Below, piece by piece: positions 28,141 to 40,119 of a stretch of 64,000 bases of DNA (position 1 is the stretch's first letter; each line of letters starts with the position of its first letter). The notes under the pieces are model-generated. The model was not told the origin of the DNA, ran no database searches, and was given only the letters and a program-made list of their open reading frames with translations. Origin of the DNA: Octopus vulgaris (lineage: Eukaryota); assembly GCA_951406725.2 (NCBI GenBank), contig OX597823.1, positions 16,244,001 through 16,308,000 of the forward strand, in the 5' to 3' direction. The position numbers were made by a program, and so were the translations under genes.

Positions 28141-28305
28141 ATGCTAGCACAGCAAAACTGAGGTTCTTGAAGCATAATGTGTTTTGCTGGCTCCTTTGCC
28201 TAATATGTCCCTGCCAAATCTACAATTTCTGTATCCCTGCTCTTCATCACTCTTTACTGGTGTAGTCTGCTGCTGTAATTAATGAAAACAGAACTCATCA
28301 CTACA

Positions 28306-28521
28306 TACAAGGGGCTGCTGAAAAGTCCCTGGCTTTAGGAGTATCACAAAAAGCTCGGCTGGAAGCCCAACCTTCCGAGTTCTTTTATTGGGCTCAGAAA
28401 AACTGAAGGACTGCTGCAATAAGTGTGTGAATCTGAGAAGGGAATATGTTGAATAAAATCATAACTAATCCTCCTTATTTTCCTTTATCCAAAGCCAGGA
28501 ATTTTTTAGCACCCCCTTATA
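28306..28521 (+). mobile_element. Mariner-derived MITE
   Basis: TA-flanked ~28-bp imperfect TIRs (CAAGGGGCTGCTGAAAAGTCCCTGGCTTT); retains the transposase C-terminal KCVNLRREYVE*. Confidence 0.8.
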
Positions 28522-29987
28522 TAACAACACCTTTTCTGTACTGCTGATAGTCACGCCCACTCCCCTGAGTCACTTCCTATTGACATCTATCCCTCATTCT
28601 TATCATGATCTCTCATATTTACTAACAACCACTCACCCTTGTTTCTATCTATCTGTCTTAAAACCTTTACCCACCCTTCTTGATTTTTCTGTCTCCATAC
28701 TCTTCTACTGACCTTCTTGAACATATTACCTTAAGAGAATTACTCTGGCTCTTTGTCACCACCATATTTATCTCTTTCTGGCACCACTCCAGCTACCCTC
28801 ACATACCAGTAATTGATATGGGGTAGCCATGAATCTCCTTAACACCTGTTCTTCCCAACATACTTTAATTTCTCAACATTGCACATAAAATGACTTCAAG
28901 TCCTGGTGCCACAAGAAAAGCACCCAGTACACTATGAAGTCATTAACATTAAGAAGGGTATCTAGTCAAAAACTATATCAAAACTGTAACTGGAGTAAGA
29001 CATCTTCTGACTCATTAGATAATACTGAACTGGCCAACCTATGCCAGCATAGAAAACATGTAAAATGATGATCTAATTTATGATTAAAGAATCAAAATAG
29101 TTTAAATTTTAATCAATTACTTTTGCATTCACAAACCATTTGAACTTTGTAATGTTCCTTAATCTCTTCCTTTCACTTTGACTCCCCCTACACTTTCATA
29201 TGACAGAAGAATATGTTAAAGGCTAATACAGCAACATCAGCGCCATTTAGTATTTCTTGTGTGTATCAAATTCATTTGAAGGGAGTTTGCCATCTTTTGG
29301 GCTATAAAACCCTTTAATTTGTATGTTGATGGTATTTTGGTTTCTTATATGGGCACCAAATAAGTTATCAAACTTGGCTCTCGTAATAAATTGATACTAC
29401 AAGAAATCTTAGTGTGAGAGGGAAAATAAAAAGGAAAAATCCAGTTTTTGATATGAATTCTAGAGCTAAAACTAAGTGTACATCATCAGCTGCTATATTG
29501 TTCCACTCATCATCTTCAAATATATCTATCAAGAGTCTTTTGGATATGTCAGATTGTACTACAGAGCAATACACTTTCTCTTGCCATTCATATTTTTAGA
29601 AAGGAAGCTTAGTCTCTACTTATGTGATACAGCTTTTTCATAATTGGTTGTGAGTTGTTTTAGTACTTGTCAGGGCAAACAGAAATTAAAATTACATTTG
29701 TCAGTTAAATCTTATTCAGAATAAAAAAAAATATCTCTCACCGAGTTGTGAAAACGCATGAGCTGACTGCTGAAGACACTTCTGCAGCCATCAAAGGACT
29801 GAAAAAAGTGGCAATATCAGAGCTAAAAAGTATTTCTATTGGTTGAGATGCAGTATCATAATGTTAGCCATTAAGAAAAAAATAAGTTTTTAAGCTGTTG
29901 AAGTTGTACATGGTTTGTATCCCAGTCCACCTAAGGGTAAATAAGCTAAACTCAGAGGAATTGTTAATTACTATATCTGATGGGCTA

Positions 29988-30211
29988 CCCTTTCGTTACT
30001 GTATTTATTTTGAGATGCTCTGTGTTTCTCTCGATTACTTAAAATATAACAAAGAATTCAGTAATATAACTTAGTTATCATTCAGCTAGTGTTAGGAACA
30101 CAAATTGTGACTAAGGTTTGGTGAGAGATTTTAATTCAAAATTTATGAAAACAAGACATTTGTACTCAGAGCCAGAGCAGGTTTCAGCCTGGTTGGTAAT
30201 GAAAGGGTTAA
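29988..30211. mobile_element. piggyBac-like MITE, family D
   Basis: CCCTTTCGTTAC...GAAAGGG|TTAA; colinear with 13842-14071. Confidence 0.85.
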
Positions 30212-31714
30212 AGACTTACAATGCTGGGGTCAACTGATTTTTTTTATGAGCTACTGGAAAGGAAGTAGAAATTGAAAAGTTAGCCAAAACATAACCAAGA
30301 CAATATCATAACTGTAGTTTTATGGAAACAATATTTCTATCAAACATTTTCTATGTAGCAAATACAAGTAATTGCAGGGTCTATTGAAGAAAACAAAATA
30401 TATGTGATGTTATTTATCAGATTATAAATTTCCTTATTAATTCTGTCCTTAGAGTTTATATTTACTGTGTTTAAAGTTACACAAAATTTCAATCACTTTG
30501 ATCTCAGACATCAACCATCTTATTTCTCTGTAAGCATGGTTCCATACAGAATTCTCTCATCCTTGTATAGTAAATATCTTTCCTTATTCACTAAGCTGCT
30601 GGTTTGAAATTCTAATCTTATTTTAAAAGTATAACAGATTTATTGAGTAACCATTTCTTTGCAGCATATTTCCTTTGGTTGATTTACAATCCTTCATTAA
30701 AATGCAACTTTTGAACCTAGAAAAGTACCCAGTTCTTATTGACTGCCTGTTTGTTCTGGCCAAATCAGAATTTTTATAATCCTCTAGTTTTTTCATCAGT
30801 ACTAAATATCTGATAAAGAACAAAATTACAATTAAAGAAGTCTTTCTGCTTGGTTTATAAGGTTAAAAAAGACTTTAAACATAAGGTTACATGTTTAAAA
30901 GTGGTTCAGTTAAAAATCCTGTTGTTAAGAGTAGCATACATCTTTAAAACAATCTCTGACAATTTATAGATTTGCAATGTCACTCATGCTGTTGCTAATC
31001 ATTTATAAGTCACCAAAAAGTATATCTTTCCTTCTAAAACTATATAGTAGATGTTGTTATATAATTGACAATTAATCTGCATCTCATCTTTTCAAAACAC
31101 CAGGAAATAACATTATTTGAAATTGTATATGTTGAGCTATCATTCTCCTCCTCTTCCTTGTGTTGTCTGTCTTTTTCTGTGTTGGCATGTGTTGATAAAA
31201 AAATGAGTCATTGAAAATATCTGTGCCAAGCAAGTTTTTATTTTGAACAATTGGTGGTCTTATTATGGTTTGTATCTACTTTTCAATATCAATGTAATAT
31301 AGACAGGCTAACACAATCAGCTACCTATGTATTTTTTATCAATGGTGGTCATAGATTTTATTGCAAGCCATCAGCATTGGTCTTCATATTTCAATGAAAC
31401 CTTGACAGTTATATATGTACTTACATTCGATAAGAAGAGAATAAATTAAAAATAGAAATGGTTACAATTTTTATAAAAATCTTTTATGCAACAATTGATT
31501 TGAATGAAAATAGATTGGTATTAAGTAAAAGGACACAGAACTAGTATTGAGTAGGCTGGAAGGTGGAGTTTAACTCTGTTGTGTTGAAATAGTTTCTGAT
31601 GAATTATGTCAGTGTTAGACCTAATAATTTAAGGCTTAAGTTTTTCAAATTAGATAACATCAAACAAAATTAACTTGTTTAAACCTGTCAAATATTGATA
31701 ATGCATATAATATA

Positions 31715-32733
31715 ATATAATGAAATTATTGTATACAGTGCTCAGGTGCACCACAACTTGTCAGAAAGTGCATATAAAGTACATGCAGTAATGTAGAAAT
31801 GTCTGGAAAGCGAACAATGTATGAGTCAGATACATGCTTGTGTGTGTATGGAGGGGAGAAAATCAAGTGTAGTGTTGGCGAATCTCAGGAAGCATGGAAG
31901 TTTTGAAGGATGCAGTGCTCTGACAACTAACAACCAATGCCGGCAGTTTGTTCCATGCTTCAGCAACTCTCAGCGTGAAAAAATGTTTCCTGAAGTCATG
32001 GGAGCTGTGCTGTTTTCTTACTTTGTAAATATGTCCACGGGTGTTAGATGGGTGGAGTTTGAAGAGGTGCTCAGAGTTATTGTTTGTGCGATGGTTGATA
32101 ATTTTATGGGTGTCTGCCAAGTCAGCTGCCAGACGTCGGAGTTTCAATGTGTCCATGCCCAGGGAAGTAAGGTGTTCAGGATATGGCAAATGCATGATCG
32201 AGGGTATTCTTTTGGTTGCACATCGCTGAACAGCTTCCAGACGATTGATGTCCTGGGCAAGATAGGGGTTCCAGACCGGTGATGCAAATTCCAGGTGAGG
32301 TCTTACCATAGCTATATAAAGCCGCAGATAGATAGCCGGAGAGCGGCTCACAAAGGATTTGGTGAGTGATGCCAAGACACCCTCAGCCTTGACAATTTTA
32401 GCGATGTGTTTTGTCCAACGCAAATCACTGTCGACAATAACACCCAGGTCACGTTCACATGAAGACTTTTTGAGGCTAGTGTTGTGGAGGGAGTAGGTGG
32501 ACGCTGGGTTTCTCCTCCCAAAATGCATAGTGGTACATTTGTCCACAGCCAGCTTGAGTTGCCAGTCCATGATCCACTGCTGCATTGTGTCCAGGTCTGC
32601 TTGCAACAGAGATCTATAGTGTACAGGATTTGACCTCTTTATTTCGAGGTACAGCTTGATGTCATCTGCATATTTCAGCACTGTGGCATTCTTTAAGTTG
32701 GCATCTATGTCATTAACATATGCAACAAATAAA
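31715..32733 (-). mobile_element. CR1-clade LINE, 5'-truncated (subfamily b) with RT YADD box
   Basis: 272-aa ORF 31863-32681: KYADDIKLY, ERDLGV, VRPHLEFASPVWNPY, TRGH, WNKLP. Confidence 0.95.
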
Positions 32734-33996
32734 ATATATACTGTAGGACTTCATTGGAAGATATGTAAAAGTGACACTCAGGAAATTAAACTTGAGTCTA
32801 ATTCTCATTCAAGTTACTCTACCTTTTACAGCTTTCACATTTGAAATTTTCTGTTACTGTTTGATTTGAACTTGAAGTAAATGATTTCAACTAATGGTGC
32901 TCATGTGTGGGATTAGTATTTGCTTAGATTTGTTACAAGTTAGCAGATAGTATTGCATTGTTAAGCAGGTTATCTGTAGGGTTGATTACAGTGGCTGAAA
33001 TTGTGTTGTTCTGGAGCAATATAAACAAAGGGAACAGTTTAAAACAGAATCAAAGAGTTTGAGACTTTAAGGTCTATGAAAATGAGAAGCTATAAAATGC
33101 TTTGAAAATGACATTAATTACTAATTATTACTAATTACAAATAAGAGGCTCAAGGCCTCATATTTGTAGAAGATGTCATGATATTAATGCTTTTCTCAGA
33201 CATTTTAATGGTATCATCATTGTAAATGCCATTTATTATATCTCTATTTTCCATGCTGGTATTGGTTGGACGAGTCTATGCAGCAGTTTGCTAATTCTTT
33301 TGTCATCTGTGAGGCTCGGCATTCTGAGATATGGCCTCACCAATTCTTTCCAGGCCTCCGTTAGCCATAGGTACTTACCAGTGTGAATGTTTCATTACCC
33401 ATTCATATCACATGTCTATACTAGCCCAGCCATTTCCCCCTTTTACATCAGCTGACCTCTTTGATGTCCAGCCAGTGCTCTTCCGTTCATGCAAGTTTAC
33501 ATTGCATCTCCCATAAATTCATTTATCCCCAGCATTTACAGACCTGTATTCAATATCATGAAGCATCACACTTAAACTTCAGACAGCCTGTCTTTTTTTT
33601 TTTTTTCTTTTTTACAGATAAACCCTTTGTATCAGTTTCTAGACAAGCATTTAGAGTGAAATGAAATAAGCTATTGAAGAATTGAATACTTAAGGGTTAG
33701 CAGTTGTTGTACTGACAATGATATTGTAACCAACCATACTTATAGCCCTAACTAACCTTTCCATTCGCTACCTTGTAAACCTCATTTCCATCATCTCTCT
33801 GATCTAAAATAGTTGCAAACAATTTCTTCTACATATAGCCACAGTATTTTCAGACATGTGTTATATAGAACAATTGATTATATTAAAATATAATTATGGT
33901 TCAGAAACTTCCACTACAATTTCTATTTCATTTTGTTTATATTTTTGGTGTCATTTCTAAAATTTTTTTACCTTTTTTTGTTCTTTTTCCTGCCAG

Positions 33997-34075
33997 GTAT
34001 TACGATGGTGATCAGGACAGCCTCTTCTCCGAAGCTCATGTTATCAATCCTCACAGAAGGGAGGTGAGGCCTAGG
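33997..34075 (+). CDS. ARIH1: ARIH1 exon: (R)YYDGDQDSLFSEAHVINPHRREVRPR
   Basis: Polypyrimidine tract + ccag|G, donor AGG|gtaaga; the CG+G split codon gives Arg; YxDG...LF.E.HVINP motif. Confidence 0.93.
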
Positions 34076-34284
34076 GTAAGAAAACAATTGTCTCTTTGAA
34101 AAATCTGCATGCTTTTGTCACTTTGACCATATTAATTATATATAGATAAGCATTAATTTGCATTATTTAGCTGTAGCAAACAGGTTTTAATTTTAAAACT
34201 CTATAACTTATTATTCTTTTGAAATTAAAATTTATATTTATGAATTATTTTTGTAATTTTCTTTTTCTTTTTTTTCTTTCACAG

Positions 34285-34365
34285 AAAATTCCCAGGTCAA
34301 CTTCATCTCAACCACCGTCAGGTGAAACGTTATGTGAAATTTGTTTGATATCAAAACCTACTAAT
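34285..34365 (+). CDS. ARIH1: ARIH1 exon (linker + first RING1 CxxC): KIPRSTSSQPPSGETLCEICLISKPTN
   Basis: Long pyrimidine tract + acag|AAA, donor AAT|gtaagt; 81 nt, phase 0-0; supplies the CEIC needed for RING1. Confidence 0.92.
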
Positions 34366-34789
34366 GTAAGTTAGAACAACTTCTTAATTCTATATCAATG
34401 CTTTATATCTTGACACTTCTCTACCTGCTGGTTTCACTTACGATATCAAAATAATGGAGAAATTGCATTTAGCATAGTTACGGTGGTATGAAAGGATGGA
34501 ATAAGTTCGGGTATCTCTGCTTTCCTTGGTAACAAAATGTCGCTCTTGTGCAAAAGACAGTGTATATTAAAGCATATGTAAGAAGTGTGGTGCTATATGG
34601 TTGTGTAATGTTAACTTGCATGACAGATGCAGCACAAACAGAAGCAGATTGGACATTAAGATCATTTTTGATGTGCGCAACACAGACATTATATCTGGTG
34701 GTTATTTATTTTTTATCAATTTCAGTTTAGACTGTACTAGGATACTCACTACCTTAAAAACTAAATGAGATATCCTCCTTCAATACTAC

Positions 34790-35047
34790 ACTCCCCTCAG
34801 TTGAGGTCTTGTTTTGCAAGTTACTTGGTGACCTCACTGGTGCCAGTGCTACATAAAAAGCACCTCGTACATTCTGTAAAGTGGTTGGCATTTGGAATAG
34901 CATCCAGCTGTAGAAATTATGTCAAAGCAGATATTGGAGATCATTGGGGCTTGGCATAGTCCTCTGGCTTGCTGCCACCTGTTGAACCATCAGACCTATG
35001 CCAGCATAGAAAACACATTAAATAGTAGTGTTGTTAATGATGATGAT
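34790..35047 (+). mobile_element. Older RTE 3'-end-derived repeat (family C-related)
   Basis: GTGCTACATAAAAAGCACC, GTGGTTGGCATT..GCATCCAGCTGTAGAAA, ATGCCAGCATAGAAAA. Confidence 0.65.
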
Positions 35048-35969
35048 AAAGTACATGTGATAGAAGTAGATAATGCTATTGTGGTGGTGGAAGAATGTGT
35101 CATCTGCTGTTGGTAATGGGGATTTGTGGTCAAGGTCTACTCTTAAAAAATCTTCTCCCTGGCCTGAAGAGTAAATATGTATTGTCAGTATTACAAATCA
35201 GAATCATATTTTGAGGTGGATTCCTGTTTAGTTGACCACATGATAAATTTCCAATTTTCAAAATGATATTGATTAATCTCTAATTTTCATAGATTGTCTC
35301 CTTTCATTTAAAATCACATTCCCTGTACTTTATACACACCCTTCATCTGGGCCACCTTCAGTCATTAGACTATTTTATTTTCCTTTGTTAGTTTGTTATT
35401 AGAACACATTTGATCAGTCTTCCTACACAGTGTATGACTTATGTCATAAATTTATTTTAACTTCCTCATTTTAGAGGGAAAAGGATATAAATGAAATGAA
35501 GAAATTCTGCAAAAAAGAAATTGGTACATGAAGAATTTGCTACTAAAAGATGATAAATTCAATGGGATGTTTTTAACCTTATTTAAATGTCATTCACTGT
35601 TTTCTATCTCCTTGAGGTTACAGCTTTTATTGATGTCTTCTGCAGGCATCATGGAATCATGTCTTAAAACATGGTAATTGATAATGATTACTAAATAAAA
35701 CTGTAATTGTTTTATCTGTCCATTTTTTTAATGGATTTATCAAATTGTTGTTTCAGAGTTTATAATTCCATAATTTTTTTAAAATAACTTTTGAAAGCAC
35801 TAGTAATATACTAGGGTAAATTTAATTTACTTTACCCCTTTGTTACATAGTATGACTAGTGCTATTGTGGTTTACTCTTCAACTTGTATAATTCATGGTA
35901 CCTAACTGAAAACTAGTTACTTTTCTTGTGAAATAAATATCTAGGATATAGAACTGTTGAAGCCTATAG

Positions 35970-36738
35970 TGTTATTGGCATTGTATCATAACAAAGCTTG
36001 TTAGCTTGTCTTATTTTCTTCAGTCAACTATTTATTGCTTCATGCTTTAGTGGTTTTTTAAAAGGTATCCAGCTGTAAACACACATGTGTGTATATCATC
36101 ATCATCAAGTGTTTTAAATCCAGGTTTTGTCCCAGTTAACAGGGGTAGCCAGATCTACCTCAGTGCACACCCCAACCTTTGGGCTGGTTGGTGCCCATTC
36201 TTTTTTGCTATCCTGAGGCTTTTTTGGAGCTGGATTTTCTACGGAAAGCATGCCCTTGCTTACCCCCAGCCTTAGTTTCTAGACATGAGTAGTCTCAAAA
36301 CCAAGGCCTCTACTACGATTTTTAAGAAATGTGGTGGAAAACTAACTCGGGAAGACATGGACACTATACTCTTTGAGACCCCTTTCGGAGCCCCCTACCT
36401 AAAACTTAACATGTTTTAGCATTTTAAAATTGTTCTTATTTAGCTACAGATTCTTCATTTATCAATTATATTTAATATAGATTTCTGTCTTTGTCATTTG
36501 CAAAAACAAATCAATGTTCACTAGTTAGTCTTAGAAGTGATATTTAAGTAGACCATAGGTTGGCAGTGTGTTCAATCTACAAGAGCTTTATAACAGAACA
36601 CTGACAAAAATGTTAATATCCTGTTATTGGCATTGTATCATAACAAAGCTTGTTAGCTTGTCTTATTTTCTTCAGTCAACTATTTATTGCTTCATGCTTG
36701 AGTGGTTTTGTAAAAGGTATCCAGCTGTAAACATACAT
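35970..36738 (+). repeat. Dispersed direct duplication of 117 bp (35970-36086 and 36622-36738)
   Basis: The two copies align at offset 652 with 3 mismatches. Confidence 0.92.
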
Positions 36739-36815
36739 TGCTAACATTTACAACTTTACCACACACAGAAATGCCAGAAATATATATATATATATATATA
36801 TACATACATATATTC

Positions 36816-37167
36816 TGTTGTTTCAGTCATTAGATTGTGGCCATGCTAGAGCACTGCCTTAAAGGGTTTTAGCCAAAGAAATCGACCCCAGGACTTACTC
36901 TTTGTAAGCGTAGTACTTATTCTGTTGGTCTGTTTTGGTGAACTGCTAAGTTACAGGGACATAGACACACGAACATTGGTTGTTCAGTGATCAAGGGCAA
37001 ACACAAATGTGTGTGTGGGTGTACACAATGGTTTTCTTTCAGTTTCCATCTACCAGATCCACTCACAAGACTTTGGTCTGCCTGAGGCTATAGTAGAAGA
37101 CACTTGCCCAAGGTGCCACACAGTGGGACTGAACCTGGAACCATGTGGTTGGGAAGCAAGCTCCTTA

Positions 37168-37170
<3 letters not shown>
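36816..37170 (-). mobile_element. SINE family A (older copy) between (TA)n tracts
   Basis: Colinear with the other family-A copies. Confidence 0.85.
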
Positions 37171-37228
<58 letters not shown>

Positions 37229-37583
37229 TACACATAGACACAGCATAAACTACAAAGCTATAATGTAGAATTCAATCCATCTCATGTATTGTAAATTCCA
37301 TTAAGATTTCTAAGTCTGTCCTCATCACATGCATATGCAATCATTAGCATTTCTAGTTTTGATTGTCTGTGTCAACATAGCTCTGAAGCAAAAGGCCCAT
37401 CCAAAATTTTACTCTGCTACTATCCCATACCACCATTATGTGAATAAACATCTGATACTTTATATTTCAGAATTTTTATGTTTTATTTCTTTCCCGTTAA
37501 TAATTTCTTTCTCTTTAAAGGATAAACATTAAAGATGCTTGTTATCCAAATGCCATTTGACCCTTCAAAAAATTCTCTTGCAG

Positions 37584-37732
37584 GATATGACTGGTCTTGA
37601 GTGTGGTCATCGTTTTTGTAGTCAATGTTGGATGGAATATCTAACAACGAAAGTGATGGATGAAGGTATGGGACAGACAATCTCCTGTGCGGCTCATGGT
37701 TGTGATATTTTAGTGGACGATGCCACTGTGAT
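37584..37732 (+). CDS. ARIH1: ARIH1 exon (RING1): [49 protein letters not shown](M)
   Basis: ttgcag|GAT, AT|gtgagt; RING1 Cys/His ligands present. Confidence 0.97.
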
Positions 37733-38382
37733 GTGAGTATTGTGTTCTGAATTCTTTGTCGACAATTAGGATATTTATTTTAAGATTGACTTTTTTTTTT
37801 CTACATCACTGGAATGGATAGGACAGATCTTCAATACATTATTTCTCTGTTGAATTCCATTCTGTATCATCCTTGTCTTTGGCAATTAGTGTATTTCAGT
37901 TCCAGGCCTTCTTCAGCTATCTATAATGTTTGTATCCTCTTTCATCAACTTTTAGTGTCTCCTCTACCAGTATGTATCATCCCTATGCATTCCATGACCA
38001 TATCACCCTACTCAATTAATGAGTTGTTAATGTCCTCAATGATGAGCCATTTCACATGCTCAGTCTTTCTCATGAACTACTCTTATACATTCCCCCTTAG
38101 ACAGGGGAACACTCAGTTCCTCCATTGATAAAGAGCATGGCGCAGGTCTCAGTGAACTAAATGCTTGGCTATACTTAGTTTTAGCTTTCTTTGCTGGGAA
38201 GCAACATTCTCCTTTTAACTCCTTTGTATTGATAAAATTGGTATTAGTAATGTACCGAAATTATTTCTGTCCCTTACAAAATGTTTTCCAGTGCTTAATC
38301 CAAAAGAATCAATGATTTAGATATTTACAATCAATCGAAATCTGCAAATTTTGATCTTTTTTTTTTCTCTTTGCCATTTCAG

Positions 38383-38449
38383 GTCACTTGTGACTGACGC
38401 TAAAGTGAGATTAAAATATCAACAAATTATAACAAATAGCTTCGTTGAA
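38383..38449 (+). CDS. ARIH1: ARIH1 exon: (M)SLVTDAKVRLKYQQIITNSFVE
   Basis: tttcag|G, GAA|gtgagt; KVxLKYQxxITNSFVE motif. Confidence 0.96.
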
Positions 38450-38745
38450 GTGAGTATTATATACTTTTCTTGCTTAGCAACAATCTTTTTTGTCATGTAA
38501 CTTTTAAAACACTTGTTTAAAATTTGTTTGATAACAAAAACAAATTGTTACATGTGTTAGATTTTTTTTTATAGATTAGTGATAGATTGCTTAATAGATT
38601 AATGTAATTTATTTCAGGAATATTGATTTATTGGTATAGTGCCAGACTTTGTATTTTATAGTAGCAAATATAAAAGCCTCCAAAAATATTGTAAAAGCCA
38701 GTTTCCTTTTTTTTGGTCAGTTTTACTTGTCTTCAACAATTATAT

Positions 38746-38749
<4 letters not shown>

Positions 38750-38782
<33 letters not shown>

Positions 38783-39137
38783 TGTGTACAGTGCTCAGGT
38801 GCACTACAACTCATCTAAAGTGTATATATAATCAGGTGTAGTTTCGGCGGATTTCGGAAAGCATGAGGGCCTTAAAAGATGCAGTGTCATGGCAGTCAAC
38901 AACTGACGCAGGCAGTTTATTCCATGCTTCAGCAACTCTGAGCGTGAAAAAATGTTTCCGAAAGTCATGGGAGCTGTGTTGATTTCTGACTTTGTAGGCA
39001 TGTCCACGTGTGTTAGACACATGGAGATCAAAAAGGTGTTCAGTGTTGTTGTTGGTGAGGTGGTTGATAACTTTGTGGGTGTTTACCAAGTCCGTCGCCA
39101 AACGCCGGAGCTTCAGTGAATCCATGCCCAGGGAAAC
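38750..39137 (-). mobile_element. CR1 LINE 3' fragment (subfamily a)
   Basis: Near-identical to 20889-21278; (TAT)n tail. Confidence 0.92.
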
Positions 39138-39561
39138 TTTCAATAATTTCTTCATAATAAAAGCTAAAACTGGCTTTTACACCCTTTTCATGCTACTATC
39201 AGTGGAATGGCTTTTGCAATCTAGTCATGTGCAAATGGATCAAGTTCTGTTTTTTTTTTTTTTTTTTTTTTTTATCCCTTTCCATTAACTGGATTCTATT
39301 TAAGCACTAAGTGGGAATGTTAGTTATTTTCCACCTTACACAGTAAATCAGAGTTATGTTCCTTGCCATTGATGCCTAGAGGCCCAACTTAGTAGTAGTA
39401 TTGATATATACGGGCATCTGTCTGAACTTACCATGTCATAGCCACTCTATCTTATGTCAGTTATCTCAATTCCTCTTAGTAAAATGTATAATAAGGGGTT
39501 CAAAAGCTCAAAGTTGGTTCATATTATTCTTAATGTGTGTATTATGGTGTATTTATTTTAG

Positions 39562-39668
39562 TGCAATCGGTTATTGCGATGGTGTCCAGCCCCAGATTGT
39601 GGTTATGCAGTAAAGGTAGCACATTATGATACTAAACCTGTGACGTGTCTTTGTGGACATACATTCTG
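39562..39668 (+). CDS. ARIH1: ARIH1 exon (IBR): [35 protein letters not shown](C)
   Basis: ttttag|TGC, TG|gtcagt; WCPAPDC IBR motif. Confidence 0.96.
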
Positions 39669-39939
39669 GTCAGTACATTATATTTTCAGTAATATTGCAC
39701 TAGACTTTGTTTTGTTGTTTTTTTTGTTTTTATTGTTGCATTGTAAGAAGCAGGGCTGTGAAATGTTATTTCACTTTTTATAAGGTCTCATTTGTACACC
39801 ATTATTTTCTACTCGTAGGTTTGTTGACATTTTATTAAATATCCTTGTTGAGGATGATTGCATCAGCATGGCTATGTGGTTTGCCTCTCAAACACATGGT
39901 TTTCAGTTCTATTCCACTACGTGTCTTTCTATTATAGTC

Positions 39940-40115
39940 CACCCCACTGATTGGATGCTAGTCCATTGCAAGATTAATTCCAGTTACTACTGGTACAAAT
40001 TTTCAGCTGAGTTGACTGGGACTACATAAAATGAAATCTCTTATTCAAAGGCACAACATGTCGCCCAGTCTTGAAATTAAACCCATGAACTTAGGAGCAT
40101 TAGGTCAGAGGCCTT
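39940..40115 (-). mobile_element. Degenerate tRNA-type SINE remnant
   Basis: Minus-strand GTTGTGCCTTTGAATAAGA body motif and a decayed head; a similar remnant lies at ~42260-42380. Confidence 0.4.
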
Positions 40116-40119
40116 CACT

